Shown here one piece after another: positions 1-10,530 of a DNA stretch of 64,000 nucleotides (positions are counted from its first letter, which is position 1; the number at the start of each line of letters is the position of its first letter). The notes beneath the pieces were generated by a model. It searched no databases, was not told the origin of the DNA, and was given only the letters and a program-made list of their open reading frames with translations. A program made the translations under genes and the position numbers. The DNA is from Mobula hypostoma (taxonomy: Eukaryota): contig NC_086107.1 of the NCBI RefSeq assembly GCF_963921235.1, positions 104,224,001 through 104,288,000 on the forward strand. The letters are read 5' to 3'.

Positions 1-533
1 AATATTTATCAGAGGTATACACTTATAGAAAGGAGAGGAAAGAAAGAACAATCGAAAGAAGAAAACTATGTACAGAGTAGGGAGTGATTTTTTTTATAAC
101 ATATTCATTGACTTGTGAGAATAAAATCAGGCCTATGAGGTGTTATGTAGTTAAACCACTTTTTCCAGTATCAATAAAATTGTTCCAACTTATGATTAAC
201 AGATGCTGTTATCTCCTCCATTTTGTAAATGTCCATTGTAATTTCCATCCATACATTTAAACTTGGGCTCTCCTGTGATAACCATTTCCTGATAAGGGTC
301 TTTTTACCAGCCACCAGCAGTACATTCATTAAATATTTATCTCTTTTCAACCATTCATGAGGTATATACCCAAAATATATGGTCTTACTCTCTAAGGGTA
401 TTTCACATTTAAAGATGTCTTGTAGGGCATTATGTATCCCACTCCAATAGTATTTGATAACAGGGCATTCCCAGAAAATAGATAATGGTTTCCATTTTGA
501 TTTATTATCCCTTTCAACACCTTTTTCTTGCAT
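1..533 (-). mobile_element. L1/Tx1-clade LINE, 3' end of ORF2 plus 3' UTR (5'-truncated)
   Basis: ORF 171-533 reads IFWECPVIKYYW...AGKKTLIRKWLSQESPSLNVW...MEEITA, the C-terminal pattern typical of fish-type L1 ORF2. Confidence 0.65.
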
Positions 534-591
534 ACTCCCCCATAACCTTTGATGCTCTTACTAAAAGGAACCTATTAACCTCAGCTTTAAA

Positions 592-670
592 CGATGGTTC
601 CAACTTGAGGTCCATGGACCCCATGCTTAGTGGTATTGGTCCACATCATAAAAAAGGTTGGGAACCCCTA
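592..670. mobile_element. 79-bp hAT-type MITE (degenerate) inside a CR1 3' fragment
   Basis: Ends resemble CAGGGGTTCCCAAC...GTTGGGAACCCCTG; 8-bp flanks GCTTTAAA/ACTTTAAA; same family as 37236 and 63426. Confidence 0.6.
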
Positions 671-1203
671 ACTTTAAATAAATCCAATCATTTGGCTTCC
701 ACAGCCACCCATAGCAATGAAATCCACAGATTCACACCCTCTGGCTAAAGTAATTTCTCCTCATCCCTGTTCTAAAGGGATATCCTTATATTTTGAATAT
801 ATACCCTCTGGTCCTGGACTCTACTGCTACCCATGTCCACTTTGCCCAGGCTTTTCAATCACAAGCTCTTTTGCCCATGTCAAGTGCGTAGACCTTGGCT
901 TCTGTAATGTACAGAACATGTGATTGACTTATCCAGAATTGTGTTGTGTGCCTTTCACTAGGTCCTATAACAAAGAACCAAAAAAAAAACAGAGTGGATC
1001 TGTTCAGAGACACCTTAATTGCTAGCAATGAGAAATACTTCTAGTCCTCATGGATGGAGGCTGCTTCTGATTTACAGCACGCAATATTCATTTTTATACA
1101 GGTTTTCAGACTATTCTTTGGCTGATATCTGTTTTGGAGGTCAGCTCCTCTGCTGCAGTACAGCTGCATTTCTCAAGGTCAGCAGTATATCACCCTTCCC
1201 TTA

Positions 1204-1716
1204 AGGCGGATTTATACCTCTGCGTCAAATTGATGCTGTAGGTACGGCGTAGCCGCGAACCCTACGCAGAGCCTACGCGGATCCCTACGCTGTAGCCTGA
1301 CACGCACCTCTCCCAAAATGTAACTACGCATCGCGGCAACACAGACCGCAACAACTGTGATTGGTCCGCTTGGTAGCATCGCATTTCCTCCTACGCTGCA
1401 ATAGCTTCCCATTGGGCGACTAAAGGGCAGGGAAGGAACTCTGGCTGCAATGCTTTCCATAAGGCTTTACGGACCTCCAAAATTATGGAGGACACATTTC
1501 GCTTTTACGAAAAAGACACTCACTTAATCTTGTTTACCCCGAGGAAGACTACCATGACCATGAAGCCTTGCACGGGCAGGTGTGTACGCATGCGTGACAT
1601 GCCTGAATTGCAGAGCAACACAGACACACCAATGCACAGGTATAAATGCTCACAACGCGCTTAGGCCACTTGCATAGGTTACGGCGTCCATTTGACGCAC
1701 AAGTATAAATCAGCCT
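1204..1716. mobile_element. PIF/Harbinger-type non-autonomous DNA transposon (MITE)
   Basis: Terminal inverted repeats AGGCGGATTTATACCTCTGCGTCAAAT / ATTTGACGCACAAGTATAAATCAGCCT with TTA on both sides (1201-1203, 1717-1719), the TWA target duplication of Harbinger. Confidence 0.8.
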
Positions 1717-2877
1717 TTAGTTACACAACGAGCAATAATCAGGACATTACATGCCTCTTGACACGTACACATTTAACTTATAGCAAAGCACTTTGGGGTT
1801 ATACAGGTTCCATTTTATTACATTACAAGATTAAATACATAAAGAATTACAAAGTTTCAAATATATTTCCACAACTACTATTTGGGAACTTAAACAAAAT
1901 AATTCTCAAGCTGTGAGTGTTGTTGCTGACGTCAGCATTAACACCCATCATCTCAAGTGATTTTCAAGTCATTCTGCAGAGCGTCTTTTTGAACTGCAGC
2001 AATCCATGAGGAAAGATGCAGCCATGTGTACACAGGACATGGTTAAGAAAGTATTGTATATAGGATTCCGGGATTCATTCATAGAGATATATAAACATGA
2101 AATCACCTTTAACAAAGTAATAGGAAACACGTTCATCTTTAACATCATTGGGTTAGAGATTTGGAATTGTCTACCTAATCCTTTAGTGCTCAGGTATCTA
2201 GAAGTTCACTTTGGAAAGCCAAACAGTTTACTGACATTGATTACTGACAGGTTTTTAGCTCTTTGTCTGGCTGGACTACACAAGGGCACAAAATGCAGGG
2301 TTATCGGGAACTGAGTAAGAATCTCAAACCTAGTCAGGTGCACCCTCCAGTTTCTACTTTTGATCCATACCTACTGGTCAATCATTAATGATCGCAAATT
2401 GAATTAGTAAATTCAAAAATCCAAGTGTTTATTGACCACTGATAAATCCCTGAGATTATTGACATCTATAATTACATCATGTGATTGTGATGACACAACC
2501 AGTTTTATGATTGAATCGGTGCATAATAAGAGACCACCGTGTACAGCCTGGTGCAGAAGGCCCACGCTTACTTTAAATTCAGTTGAATTATTCTATTTCG
2601 TACCAATTTTATTCAGAACTGTCTTGTCATTATATTATTTTGATCTGGATTTCATCAGAGGTTCCAGACTTGTATGAATATTCTTCCGCCCGGCTTCAGT
2701 TTTCTGGTAAGTTAAACACATTCTCCATTCCTGAGCATGCATTGCTCAGTATCAGCTGCCATGTATAGTAGAAATGCTTCCAGAATGATTTAATCTATAG
2801 TCTTGACGTGCTCTTGTTGTGAAGGTATTAGATCACCTGTACGAGATACTTCAGCAACACGGTGCTGAGATCAATAC

Positions 2878-3847
2878 TATTATGTTTTGTAACTTCAAAA
2901 CATTAAACTAATTCAAAGGAAGACAGAGGAGTCTGATCGTACAGGTGTAACTTTGTCTTTAAGCGAGGTGCGCACCTATCAAGTAGTAGTGTAATGACAT
3001 GTGCAATTAACTTACTTCAGAATCAGAATCAGGTTTATTATCATCGGCATGTGTCGTGAAATTTGTTAACTTAGCAGCAGCAGTTCAATGCAACACACAG
3101 AAAAAAAGTAAAATAAAATAATGATAAATTAATCAATCAATTACAGTATACGTATATTGAATATATTAAAAGTCATGCAAAAAACAGAAATAATATATAG
3201 TAAAAAAATGAGGTAGTGTCCAAGGGTTCAATGTCCATTTAGGAATCAGATGGCAGAGGGGAAGAAGCTGTTCCTGAATCGCTGAGTGTGTGCCTTCAGG
3301 CTTCTGTACCTCCTACCTGATGGTAACAGTGAGAAAAGGGCATGCCCTGGGCGCTGGAGATCCTTAATAATGGATGCTGCCTTTTTTGAGACACTGCTCC
3401 TTAAAGATATCCTAGGTACTTTGTAGGCTAGTACCCAAGATGGACCCGATTAAATTTACAACCCTCTGCAGCTTCTTTCGGTCCTGTGCAGTAGCCCCTC
3501 CCCCCATACCAGACAGGATTGCAGCCTGTCAGAATGCTCTCCACAGTACATCTATAGAAGTTTTTGAGTGTATTTGTTGACATACCAAATCTCTTCAAAC
3601 TCCTAATGAAGTATAGTCGCTGTCTTGCCTTCTTTATAACTGCATTGATATGTTAGGACCAGGTTAGATCCTCAGAGATCTTGACAGCCAGGAACTTGAA
3701 GCTGCTCACTCTCTCCACTTCTGATCCCTCTATGAGGATTGGTATACATATAACCTGCAATTAATTATTTAAATGAATAAGAATGCTTAATCAAACAATA
3801 TATATGCAAGATCACTCAGATATCATTGGAATATTAAATACTCAACA
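2878..3847 (-). mobile_element. Possible solo LTR, interrupted by a Rex1-like LINE
   Basis: Right end ...ACTCAACA, left end TATTATGT (a decayed TG...CA pair); 5-bp flanks AATAC/AATAT. Confidence 0.35.
3017..3745 (-). mobile_element. Rex1/Babar-clade LINE, 3' fragment
   Basis: (TCTGAT)n tail on the minus strand; near-identical to 14829-15560, which encodes [31 protein letters not shown]. Confidence 0.75.
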
Positions 3848-4319
3848 AATATGACACCATATCAAGAAAGCTTTGGATAAAATTACTTTTCTCAATTCTG
3901 TGACAAGTTTACCACCAAATAGAAGTCAAAGTTTTAATCGCTTTTCTAGAGGTAAATTATTTTTGTAGGAAAATTACAGAAACCCATTTTTAACAACTAA
4001 GGAGATAGATTTGACAAAACTAGCCCAAAATAAAGTCTTAGCTTCTTCTGCCAGGGTTAAATCAAAATTAATTAACAGCATTCCAAACTAACTTTGGTAA
4101 GTGCAACTGCTATTCAAGCACAGATCCTAACAGCAAATTAAAACCTCAAGCATGAATATTGTGGAGGAGTAATATAAGACTAAAAAAGGCTGGGAGTTTA
4201 TGGGTAAAGTACAGTTCTTACTGGATAGTGGAACTAGCTCAAGAGGCCGATGGCCTTGCTCTCATTTTCCATCACCACAATAAGAATATAGCACTTTGGC
4301 TAATTGCAAAGTTCAGAAG

Positions 4320-4521
4320 CAACGCACACAAAGTGCTGGAGGAACTCAGCAGGTCAGGCAGCATCTATTGAAAAGAGTAAACAGTTGACATTTTGAGCTG
4401 ATCCCTTTCATCAGGACACTTCATCGAAACATCAATTGTTTACTGTTTTCCATAGATGCTGCCTGACCTGCTGAGTTCCTCCAGCATTTTGTGTGTGTTG
4501 CTTAGATTTCCAGCATCTGCC
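4320..4521. mobile_element. Penelope-derived inverted-repeat (palindromic) element
   Basis: Arms ~4320-4396 and ~4425-4500 are reverse complements (TGCTGGAGGAACTCAGCAGGTCAGGCAGCATCTA / TAGATGCTGCCTGACCTGCTGAGTTCCTCCAGCA); degenerate hammerhead-like core on the minus strand. Confidence 0.7.
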
Positions 4522-4602
4522 GGTCATGACGTGTTTGTGTAAAGTTAAGAATATAGGTGTCAGGAGGAGAGGGACACATTCCCTTATGATAGCTATTAAC
4601 AA

Positions 4603-7180
4603 CAATAGACAATAGACGATAGGCAATAGGTGCAAGGGTAGGCCATTCGGCCCTTCGAGCCAGCACCACCATTCACTGTGATCATGGCTGATCATCCACA
4701 TCAGTATCCAGTTCCTGCCTTCTCCCCATAACCTTTGATTCCGCTATCTTTAAGAGCTCTATCCATTGCTTTCTTGAAAGCATCCAGGGACTTGGCCTCC
4801 ACAGCCTTCTGGGGCAGAGCATTCCATATATCCACCACTCTCTGGGTGAAAAAGTTTTTCCTCAACTCCGTTCTAAATGGCCTACCCCTTATTCTTAAAC
4901 TGTGGCCTCTGGTTCTGGACTCGCCCATCAGCGGGAACATGCTTTCTGCCTCCAGCGTGTCCAATCCCTTAATAATCTTATATGTTTCAATAAGATCCCC
5001 TCTCAGCCTTCTAAATTCCTGAGTATACAAGCCCAGTTTCTCCAATCTTTCGACATATGACAGTCCCGCCATCCTGGGAATTAACCTTGTGAACCTACGC
5101 TTCACTCCCTCAATAGCAAGAATATCCTTCCTCAAATTTGGAGAGCAAAACTGCACACAGTACTCCAGGTGTGGTCTCACCAGGGCCCTGTACAGCTGCA
5201 GAAGGACCTCTTTGCTCTTATACTTAATTCCCTTTGTTATGAAGGCCAGCATGCCATTGGCTTTCTTCACTGCCTGCTGTACTTGCATGCTTGCTTTCAG
5301 TGACTGATGTACAAGAGCACCTAGATCTCATTGTACTTCCCCTTTTCCTAACCTGACTCCATTTAGATAATAATCTTCCTTCCTGTTCTTACCACCAAAG
5401 TATATAATCTCACATTTATCCACATTAAACTGCATCTGCCATGCATCTGCCCACTCACCCAGCCTGTCAAAGTCACCCTGCATTCTCATAACATCCTCCT
5501 CACATTTCACACTGCCACCCAGCTTTATGTCATCGGCAAATTTGCTAATGTTACTTTTAATTCCCTCATCTAAATCATTAATATATATTGTAAACAGCTG
5601 CGGTCCCAGCACTGAACCCTGCAGTACCCCACTGGTCACCATCTGCCATTCTGAAAGGGACTCGTTAATCGCTACTCTTTGTTTTCTGTCAGCCAGCCAA
5701 TTTTCAATCCATGTCAGTACTCTGCCCCCAATACCATGTGCCCTAATTCTGCCCACTAATCTCCTATGTGGGACTTTATCAAAGGCTTTCTGAAAGTCCA
5801 GGTACACTACATCCACTGGCTCTCCCTTGTCCATTTTCACAGTTACATCCTCAAAAAATTCCAGGAGATTAGTCAAGCACGATTTCCCCTTCGTAAATCC
5901 ATGCTGACTCAGACTGATCCTGTTACTGCTATCCAAATGAGTCATAATTTCATCTTTTATAATTGACTCCAGCATCTTTCCCACCACCGACGTCAGGCTA
6001 ACCAGTCTATAATTCCCTGTTTTCTCTCTTCCTCCCTTCTTGAAGAGAGGGACAACATTAGCCACCCTCCAATCCACAGGAACTGATCCTGAATCTATAG
6101 AACATTGGAAAATGATTACCAATGCATCCACGATTTCTAAAGCCACCTTCTTAAGTACCCTGGGATGCAGACCATCAGGTCCCGGGGACTTACCAGCCTT
6201 CAGACCTAACAGTCTATCCAACACCATCTCCTGCCTAATATAAATTTCCTTCAGTTCATCCACTACCCTAGGTCCTTTGACCATTATTATATCTGGGAGA
6301 TAGTTTGTGTCTTCCCTAGTGAAGACAGATTCAAAGTACCTGTTCAACTCGTCTGCCATTTCCTTGTTCCCCATAATAAATTCACCTGTTTCTGTCTTCA
6401 AGGGCCCAATTTTGGTCTTAACTATTTTTTTCCTTTTCACATACCTAAAGAAGCTTTTACTATCCTCCTTTATATTCTTGGCTAGTTTACTTTTGTACCT
6501 CATTTTTTTCTCCGCGTATTGCCTTTTTAGTTACCTTCTGTTGCTCTTTAAAAGTTTCCCAATCTTCCAGCTTCCCACTTGTCTTTGCTATGTTATACTT
6601 CTTCTCTTTTATTTTTATACTGTCCATTACTTCCCTTGTCAGCCACGGCCTCCCCTTACTGCCCTTAGGATCTTTCTTCCTCTTTGGAACGAACTGATCC
6701 TGCAGCTTCCGCATTATTCCCAGAAACACTTGCCATTGCTGTTCCACTGTCATCCCTGCTCGGGTGTTGTTCCATTGAACTTTGGCCAGCTCCTCCCTCA
6801 TAGCACCATAGTTCCCTTTGTTCAACTGTAATACTGACACTTCCGAGTTCCCCTTCTCCCTCTCAAATTGTAGATTAAAACTTATCATATTATGGTCACT
6901 ACCTCCTAATGGCTCCTTTACCTCGAGCTCCCTGATCAAATCCGGTTCACTGCACAACACTAAATCTAGAATTGCGTTCTCTCTGGTAGGCTCCAGTACA
7001 AGCTGCTCTAAGAATCCATCTCGGAGGGACTCCACAAACTCCCTTTCTTGGGGTCCAGTACCAACCTGATTCCTCCAGTCTACCTGCATGTTGAAATCCC
7101 CCATAACAACTGTAGCATTACCTTTGCGGCATGCCAATTTTAACTCTTGATTCAACTTACACCTTACATCAAAACTACTA
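4603..7180 (-). mobile_element. CR1-clade LINE (HER1-like), 5'-truncated, ORF2 endonuclease + reverse transcriptase with few disruptions
   Basis: ORFs 6487-7155 (MGDFN...SDHN, APE domain), 5328-6503 (YLDFQKAFDKV, QGSVLGP, KFADD, RT) and 4701-5288 ([16 protein letters not shown]); (CTATTGT)n tail. Confidence 0.92.
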
Positions 7181-7247
7181 CAGCATATCTCCTTTCACAA
7201 TTTTCCACGTTTTCATAGATGGCTTCATTATTTAGCCTTAGTATCTA

Positions 7248-7530
7248 GTTGGGTGGCAGGCTGGAGATATGTCTACCAAAAGAGGTGTAAGGCGCTCCTT
7301 CCCTCCACTAACTTGCAGATCACCCTTGGGCAAAGGTGTAGCACCTGCTTAGCTCCCCGATCAGGGTCATGTGAAGTCATGGGAGCAGGTGGTGGACGGT
7401 TGAATGAGCAGCTGGTGCACATCACAATTTCTGGTTATGCGACCACTGACACCAGGCAGACAATCTCTAAAGAGACTTGATAATGGCTGGAGGTCACCCA
7501 TCTTGTAAAGACACTGCACAGAAGGCAGCA
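7248..7530 (+). repeat. Interspersed repeat fragment, possibly RTE-related 5' region or SINE
   Basis: GC-richer island with GGTCACCCATCTTGTAAAGACACTGC...AGAAGGCA, resembling RTE-associated short elements; recognised by eye only. Confidence 0.3.
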
Positions 7531-8182
7531 CCGTGTTAACCTGGTTACAACGGCTTTCACACCTCCATAAAATCTTACTAAATTGGCATTTGTAGTTGCT
7601 TTCTCTACACTTTCAATTTCTGTCATCTGGAGATCATTACTCCTGTGGAGAATCCTGTGGAGTTTTGGGTTTCAAATAATAATTGGTATCTAAGCTTGTG
7701 TGGAGAACTGGTGTGTTATGTTAACCAAACGGACATCAGCACCATTGAAGGAAAAGGAATAAGTTAGCAACAACAGATAAGACAATAATTTTTAATCCAT
7801 ATCATTGCCTTCCTCTGGACTCTACCTCTGTGATCTCAGGAAGTTCCTCAAGTTCCACCTTCCTTAAACAGGGAGTCTCTTAAGACCTTTCCATCTTTGT
7901 GTTAACTGACTTCAAGTCTAAATAATCAATCACTCTTGTTCTCAGAGTCCTTTTGAGCAATGTATTTATTTAAAATAGTTCTTCTTTTCAAATCCCATTC
8001 TAGTCCCACTCCTCTATTTTTATAGTCTCCTCCAGCCCCATATACTATACTCTAAGATAGTATCTGTACTCCTTTAATTCTCATTTCCCAATAGTTAGCC
8101 ATACCTCCACTAACTGATGCCTCAAACTCCCCATCATTGAGGACATCTTTGAAAGATGATGCCTCAAAATCTATTTATTTCT

Positions 8183-8452
8183 TCATTGAGACACAGCACA
8201 GAGTAGGCCCTTATGGCCCTCCAAGCCGTGCTGCCCAGTAACCCCTGATTTAGCCCTAGCCTTATCATGGGACAATTTACAATAACTAAGTAATGTACCA
8301 ACCAACACATCTTTGGTCTGTGGGGGGAAACTACAGCACCCAGAGGAAACCCACGTGGTCATGGGGAGAACGTACAAACTCCAGGCAGTGGTGGGAATTG
8401 AACCCAAGTCGCTGGTACTGTAAAGCGTTGTGCTAACCACTACACTACCATG
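8183..8452 (-). mobile_element. tRNA-derived SINE (V-SINE/HE1-like)
   Basis: Minus strand: A-box GGTAGTGTAGTGGTTAG, B-box GGGTTCAATTCCC, V-SINE-like core GGGTTTCCTCTGGGTGCTGTAGTTTCC, CR1-like tail GGGCCTACTCTGTGCTGT. Confidence 0.75.
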
Positions 8453-8736
8453 GCAACATCCATCATTAAGGACTCCCACCACCCACACATGCCTTCTTCT
8501 CATTACTATCACTATTTTGGCTCCCTTTTTGCAGTACTTATTTATCCTTCTAAAATATATTTCTTATTATAATTTATAGTATATTTTATGTATTGCACTG
8601 TGCTGCTGCTCCAAAAAAAACTAATTTCATAACATATGTTAGTTATAGTAAAGCTAATTTTGATTGATTCTCTGGAATTCCTTCTTTAAGTGTCATTATT
8701 TCTTCATCTTCTTTTCCTCCTTTGAGCTGGTTATCA

Positions 8737-9256
8737 ATCTGTGTGTACTGTAGAGAGCATTCTAACTGGCTGCATCACTATCTGTTTTTTTTGGGCGGGG
8801 GGGCTACTGCACAGGATCGAAGTAAGTTGCAAAAAGTTGTAAACTTAGTCAGCTCCATCATGGGCACTAGCCTCCGTAATATCCAAGACATCTTCAAAGA
8901 GCAGTGCCTCAGGAAGGCAGCGTCCATTATTAAGAAACCCAGGACATGCCCTCTTCTCATTGTTACCATCAGGATGGAGGTACAGGAGTCTGAAGGCACA
9001 CACTCAGTGATTCAGGAACAGCTTCTTCCCCCTGCCATCCGATTTCTAAATGGACATTGAACCCATAAACACCACCTCACTACTTTTTTCCCGTTTTTGC
9101 ATACTTATTTTAACTGAACTATTTAATATACATACATATATAATTACTGTAATTCAGTTTTCTTTTCTATATTTATCATGTATTGCATTGTACTGCTGCT
9201 GCAAAGTTAACAAATTTCACGACATATGCTGGTGATATTAAACCTGAATCTGATTG
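8737..9256 (+). mobile_element. Rex1/Babar LINE, 3' fragment
   Basis: [23 protein letters not shown] in ORF 8722; tail ATTAAACCTGAATCTGATT; reverse complement of the family at 3017 and 14829. Confidence 0.72.
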
Positions 9257-9855
9257 AAGAACTTTACAGAGAAGCACATTGGAGGTGGTGTACAATAGGA
9301 TAGCTTTCTGGAATATATTTGCTGATAGCGTTTTCTTAGCGACAAACAATGGGTGCCCAAGAAAATACAGCCATCTAAAGATACTGCTGACAAAAAAAAA
9401 ATCCAAATGGTAGAGATAATATGATTGCCAGAACAAATTATGGGGGAACTGATTGCTTAAACCTGTTACAATGTCAAACATTAATACTAGATCCAATAGA
9501 AATAATGAGTCCAAATAGTTTCACAACTGATTCTAATAGCAGCAGGTAGGTTGAAAACGATGAACATGATCCAGTTATAAAATGAATTCATCATTTAGAA
9601 TATTGTTATGATGACAGATAACTGGTCACCGTAACTGAGTTAAACATCCATAGAGAAGTTAGAGAAGACTCTTATCACAGAGAGCAAGGAATTTGGTTGA
9701 TATAACCACCAGGTTCTTAGCCAAATGGACACTCTGGAAATATTACAGTATAGCCATACACCTTGGAAATACTTAAACAACTGAATCCACACTGCACTTC
9801 AAGCACCTATTTTATTAACCCCAATTTCCCATCAACTGTCCATTTTCTGCAGCTC

Positions 9856-10335
9856 CCCATCCCCTTCCCTTCTCTCCCTTCCTTCTCAGCCCAACTTTCT
9901 TCCCTGCCTCATGGCCCTCCCTTGCCTCTCCTTCCTTCCCTGTTCCCTCTTTCCCCTTCTACTTTCCAGCCATCCCTTTTCCCTCCCTACCCTTCTCACT
10001 CCCTCTCTCTCCTTCCCCCTCCCTCTCCCCTTCAACCTTCCCCCTCCTCTTTTCCCTCCCTCCCTTCTCTTCCCTCCCTCCTTCACCCCTACTCTCCCCT
10101 TCCAGTTTCCCTCTCTCTCCATTCTTTCCCTCCCCTTTCTTTCTCTTTCCTCCTCTTCTTTCTTTTCCCTCCCTCCCCCTCTTTTACCTTACCTTCCCCT
10201 CTCTTCGCTCCCTACCCTTCACCCTTACTCCCTTTCCAGCTTCCCTCCTTTCCCTCTATTCTCTCTGTTTCCTCCCCTTCTCTCTTTTCCCTCCCTCTCT
10301 CTTTCCTCCTTTATTTCCCCTCCCCCCCCCACCTT
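9856..10335 (+). repeat. Polypyrimidine (C/T) low-complexity tract
   Basis: ~480 bp almost entirely C/T on the top strand, directly upstream of the CpG-rich core. Confidence 0.9.
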
Positions 10336-10339
10336 CTCC

Positions 10340-10530
10340 GACTGGCTCCCGCGCGGCGCGCGCCCATTTAAACGCAAACGGCGTGCACGTGTCTGCGCGC
10401 GCTCACCCCGGCTCGCTGTCAGGCGGTAGCCGCTCCGGGAGTTGCGGCGGATGAAACCGGGGAATAGGTAAATCCCGCCCCCTCCCCCGGAAACCGCAGT
10501 CGATGGAAGTGGAGAGCGGCTCTACGGCGT
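10340..10530 (+). promoter_or_regulatory. CpG-rich promoter / first-exon region of the sacsin-like gene
   Basis: High CpG density (GCGCGGCGCGCG), CATTTAAA, E-box CACGTG 10386-10391, GC-box CCCGCCCC ~10474; followed by ATG 10451 and donor AG|GTAAAT. Confidence 0.65.
10451..10467 (+). CDS. Candidate first coding exon (MKPGN-R, phase 2)
   Basis: ATG AAA CCG GGG AAT AG|gtaaat inside the CpG island; phase 2 matches every downstream 5' exon. Confidence 0.5.

Noticed and set aside
4701..7155. Active autonomous CR1 or a domesticated RT gene
   Set aside because: 5'-truncated within the endonuclease, with a frameshift near 6490 and an in-frame stop at 5328.
10130..10150. ISRE-like TTTCNNTTTC upstream of the promoter
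   Set aside because: Lies within the polypyrimidine tract, where such matches are expected by chance.
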